DNA from: a virus
Lineage: Duplodnaviria; Heunggongvirae; Uroviricota; Caudoviricetes
Direction: 5' to 3' (one strand)
IMG/VR virus record: IMGVR_UViG_638341196_000008
Length of the DNA stretch: 44,694 bases
In this document: piece after piece, positions 40,939 through 44,694 of the stretch
Numbering within the stretch: position 1 is the stretch's first letter
How the letters are laid out: the number at the start of each line of letters is the position of its first letter
Position numbers and translations under genes: made by a program
The notes under the pieces: model-generated
Told to the model about the DNA's origin: nothing
Seen by the model: only the letters and a program-made list of their open reading frames with translations
Database searches by the model: none

Positions 40939-43652
40939 GCGCCCCGAGAAGTACGTAGCGTAAGGATTATTTTACAGACGAGAAGTTCCAGGGCAGCAGT
41001 TCATGCACTTGGTTCGACGGCCAGTCATTGAGCTTCTCGATCACTTCGCGCAACCAGTCCTCCGGCTCCACTTCGTTCTGTTTGCAGGTGACCAGCAGAC
41101 TGTAGATGATCGCCGCACTTTCTCCTCCCTTGTCTGAGCCGAAAAAGAGATAATTTTTTCTTCCAACCGCCACCGATCGTAACGCGTTTTCACCGATGTT
41201 GTTGTCTATTTCCACCCAGCCGTCACGACAGAACTCGTTCAGCGCATTCCAGTGATTCAGGATATAGTCGAACGCCTTCGCCATCTCCGCATGTTTCGAC
41301 AGCGTTTTCCTCTGCAACTGTATCCAGTCGTACAACGACTGCATCAACTGGACGCTTCTGGCTTTTCTGACTGCAAGCCGTTCCTCTGCCGGACTGCCAC
41401 GTATCTCCGCTTCTATGTCGTATAACTCTGCTATCCGTCTGAGCGCTTCCTGAGTCATTTCTGTCGGACGGCGCACATCCTCGTCATGGATTTTTCGGCG
41501 GGCGTGGGCCAGGCACCCGGCTTCCTTCACCCGGCCCGTTTCGTACAGTACGTTATAACCTGCATAGGCATCAGCCTGCAGTACGCCCTGATACTTTGCC
41601 AGGTGGAGCTGCGGATGTTCTCCTTTGCGATCTGCCGAATACGCGAACCAGACGGCTGCCGGCAGGGATGAACCCGCATTACGATCATCCCTGACGTATA
41701 CCCACAGACGACCCGTTTTCGTCTTTCCGTTCCCCGGGGCCAGTACTTTCACCGGAGTGTCATCTGCGTGCACCTTTCCTGCCTCCAGAACATAGTCATT
41801 CAGCGCTATATACAGAGGACGGAGTTTGTCTGCCATTTCTGATACCCAGCGCACCATGGTATTACGGCTCAGCTCCACGCCCTGTCGCGCGTATATTTCT
41901 GACTGGCGATATAAAGGGATATGTTCCATATATTTGCTGACCAGGATCCGTGCAAGTAACCCTGCACTGGCATAACCGCGTTCGATCGGTTTAGGGGGAA
42001 GTGGTGCCTGAACGATGACATCACACCGGCTACAGGCCAGTTTGGGACGTATGGTTTCGATAACTTTAAAGGCGGTATTAATGATATCCAGTTGCTCTGA
42101 GATTGTTTCCCCCATTTCTTTCAGAACACCTCCACAGGCCGGGCAACTGGTTTCAGCAGGCAGAAGGCGATGTGTCTCCCGGGGATTCAGGCTTACTGGC
42201 GATCGGGTTTTCTGACGGGGGACTGGTGTCAGGTGAATCTGTGACTGACGATGCATCTTCCAGAAGATTTCTGGCTGTGTTCAGCCGGTTTTCCAGTTCC
42301 GACAGTCGTTTTTCTGCCTGTCGGATCTGATTTTCAAGCTTATGACGCTTTTTCTCTGAACTCTGGCCGAACAACATACGACGCAACCTGTCGAGTTGCG
42401 CTTTCAGCCGTTCAATTTCCTGCTCATAGCCCGCGACCTGACAGGCATACTGTCGAAGCCGACTCTGTTGCTTACGCAACATGGCTTTAAGCAGCTCAAT
42501 ATCATCGGGGAGTTCATTGTTCATTCCCTTGTTTTATCACGGGTTATATCCGGATGCCAGGCCGTTCTGTCCGTGTGGGATGTTGCCACGCGATCCCCTC
42601 CAGTAGCATGGATAACTGAGCTGGCGTCAGGTGCACTTTCCCTTCCCGGGTCACCGGCCAGACGAAGCGGCCCCGTTCCAGGCGTTTGGCGAACAGGCAT
42701 AACCCGTCACGATCGGCCCACAGTATTTTCACCATTTTGCCACTGCGGCCCCGGAAGACGAAGATATGCCCGGAGAACGGGTCATCTTTCAGCGTGTTCT
42801 GCACCTTCGAAGCCAGGCCATTGAAGCCACAACGCATATCTGTGATGCCAGCGATGATCCAGATTCTGGTACCGGTCGGCAGCGTTATCATCGGATACCC
42901 CCTTTCATTTCGCGGATTAGCGCCCGTAACAGTTCCGGAGTGAGAGGGTCAAACAGTTTTACCACACCTGATTTAAGATGCAGCTCGCACCGTGGGACGT
43001 TTCCGGGAGCCCCCTCAGGGCGCTCATCATGCTTGTTACGCCAGAAGGGATTTGTAACTGGTCTGGTCGGCTCCGGCGTATCAGTCAGTGCCACCGGGAC
43101 AGGCATGCATTCCTGTATGCCTGTATGTCATCATCGCTCAGTAAGCCGTCCTCGTACTGGCTTTTCCATTTAAACAGCAGGTTATCATTGATATCGTGTT
43201 CTCTGGCGATCCGGGCAACAACAGCCCCAGGCTGTAACGCCTGCTTAGCCAGACGGACCTTAAATTCACGGCTATAGCTGGTTCGCCGTTCTTTTCGCCA
43301 TGAGCCTTCTCTGATTTGAGGCTCTGTTAATTCCTTCTTTCTGTTGGCATAAAGGATGGCGTCAAGTTGAGCGAATGAAACTGAATCGGGCAATGGCCAT
43401 GCGATACCGGATGCAAGAAATCGCTGAAAAAGCGTATGTATTGTGGAATGACTGAGACCCAGACGCTGAGCGATGGCCCGGATGGTCAGTTTATCTTCAA
43501 ATCTTAAACGCAGGGCATCAGGCAAATAAGAACGGAAGCAGGGAATATCTTTTGTTGTCTGGGAATTCATCGTTCGTGTCCATCAATATAGATGGGCGCG
43601 ATTGTTGCCAGACAGGACAATTTTCACAAGACGTCGCTGATGGGGCGCTTAC
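40935..43652 (-). mobile_element. IS66-family insertion sequence, copy B, identical to copy A and inverted
   Basis: All ORFs mirror copy A with a constant coordinate sum (74162); ORFs 43085..43570, 42888..43106, 42544..42891, 42153..42524 and 40967..42256. Confidence 0.85.
40967..42524 (-). pseudogene. tnpC: IS66-family TnpC of copy B (same frame change)
   Basis: Mirror of 31638..33195. Confidence 0.7.
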
Positions 43653-43660
43653 GGAGAAAT
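43653..43660. repeat. 8-bp target-site duplication half (GGAGAAAT) at copy B outer end
   Basis: Reverse complement of 33228..33235. Confidence 0.7.
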
Positions 43661-43689
43661 TGTAGAGCGGTTCATTGGAGGGCTTCGTA

Positions 43690-44694
43690 ATGTCGATTAA
43701 GAAGCTCGAAGATGGTCGTTATTTGCTGGACATCAGGCCGAACGGACGCAAGGGAAAGCGCGTGCGTAAGGTATTTGACAAAAAATCGGTAGCGGTGGCC
43801 ACTGAACGCTACATCATGGCGAACGCTGAAAAGCGGGAATATATACAGGGCTACCGTGATCGTCGAACGCTAAATGATTTGCTTGAGTTGTGGTGGATGT
43901 ATCACGGCCAGCACAGGCGTAAGGCGGAAGAAGACCGAAAACAACTGCGCAACATAATCAATGAGCTTGGCGCTGATATGCAGGCTGTGGATCTTGATAA
44001 GCTGAAAATTATCGCGTGGCGTTCTCAAAAGATAGCTGAAGGATTGAAACCGTCATCTGCTAACAGGTACATGAATCGGTTATCCGGAATGTTTACCGTG
44101 CTGAAAAAAATAGGTCTTTGGGATGCAGAACATCCAGTAAGGGGAATTTCTATTCTTTATGTATCTCCACGAGAAATGGCGTTCCTGTCACAGAAGGAAG
44201 TGGCGCTATTGCTCGATACACTGGAGGGCGACTATTGGCGTGTTGCGCTTTTGTGTTTAAGCACAGGGGCGCGCTGGAGTGAAGCTTGTAAGCTTCGTGG
44301 TGAACAGATAGTTCATAACCGTGTAACGTTTCTTGAAACCAAAAATGGCCGGAAGAGAACAGTGCCAATTTCGCAGGCAGTTTGTGAGGCGATCAAAACC
44401 AGAGAAACAGGCGGCTTGTTTGAGGTGAAGTACCGGGAATTCTGCCTGGCGCTGAAAAGAGTTAAGCCCGATTTACCAAAAGGCCAGGCTGCACATGTGC
44501 TGCGGCATACGTTCGCCAGCCATTTTGTGATGAACGGAGGAAACATTATTGCGCTTCAGAAGATTCTTGGTCACGCAACCATTCAGCAAACAATGGCATA
44601 TGCGCATTTTGCACCGGATTACCTGCAGGATGCGGTGGCCCTTAATCCGCTGAAAGGTGGCGTAAGTGTCCACGCAGTGTCCACTGGGGATTAA
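43690..44694 (+). CDS. int: P2-type tyrosine integrase
   Basis: MSIKKLEDGRY...; conserved R..H..R..Y catalytic region (LRHTFASH...MAYAHF) closely parallels P2 Int; stop at window end. Confidence 0.85.
   Translation: MSIKKLEDGRYLLDIRPNGRKGKRVRKVFDKKSVAVATERYIMANAEKREYIQGYRDRRTLNDLLELWWMYHGQHRRKAEEDRKQLRNIINELGADMQAVDLDKLKIIAWRSQKIAEGLKPSSANRYMNRLSGMFTVLKKIGLWDAEHPVRGISILYVSPREMAFLSQKEVALLLDTLEGDYWRVALLCLSTGARWSEACKLRGEQIVHNRVTFLETKNGRKRTVPISQAVCEAIKTRETGGLFEVKYREFCLALKRVKPDLPKGQAAHVLRHTFASHFVMNGGNIIALQKILGHATIQQTMAYAHFAPDYLQDAVALNPLKGGVSVHAVSTGD

Overview
Enterobacterial (E. coli/Shigella-like) chromosome edge followed by a rearranged, decayed P2-like prophage that fills most of the window. 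All calls are from reading the ORF translations and sequence by eye; no database search or computation was run. Chromosomal genes: yfcJ (MFS transporter, frameshifted) and flk. Next comes an AT-rich two-gene islet (zinc-ribbon membrane protein plus secreted CYD-repeat protein), then the prophage: a Hok-like toxin, ogr, D (in-frame TGA), an inverted FI-FII-E-T-U tail block, a hexapeptide acetyltransferase cargo gene, a TfaE-like tail-fibre assembly pseudogene, a macro-domain gene sitting inside the tail-fibre operon, H, I, J (disrupted), W, V, S, R, lysis genes, X, L, M, N, O, divergent P-Q, then a seven-gene cargo operon (ParM/ParR, a ClpX-type zinc-finger protein, four unknowns) at the position of the P2 tin/old hotspot. 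The early region (C, cox, small ORFs, replication gene A) carries an IS2 insertion and lies between two identical inverted IS66-family copies whose split 8-bp target duplication indicates an inversion that separated int from C. Integrase ends exactly at the window end; attL is outside the window. The best candidates for an undescribed system are the cargo operon, the macro-domain gene and the AT-rich islet; none can be assigned a function from sequence alone.
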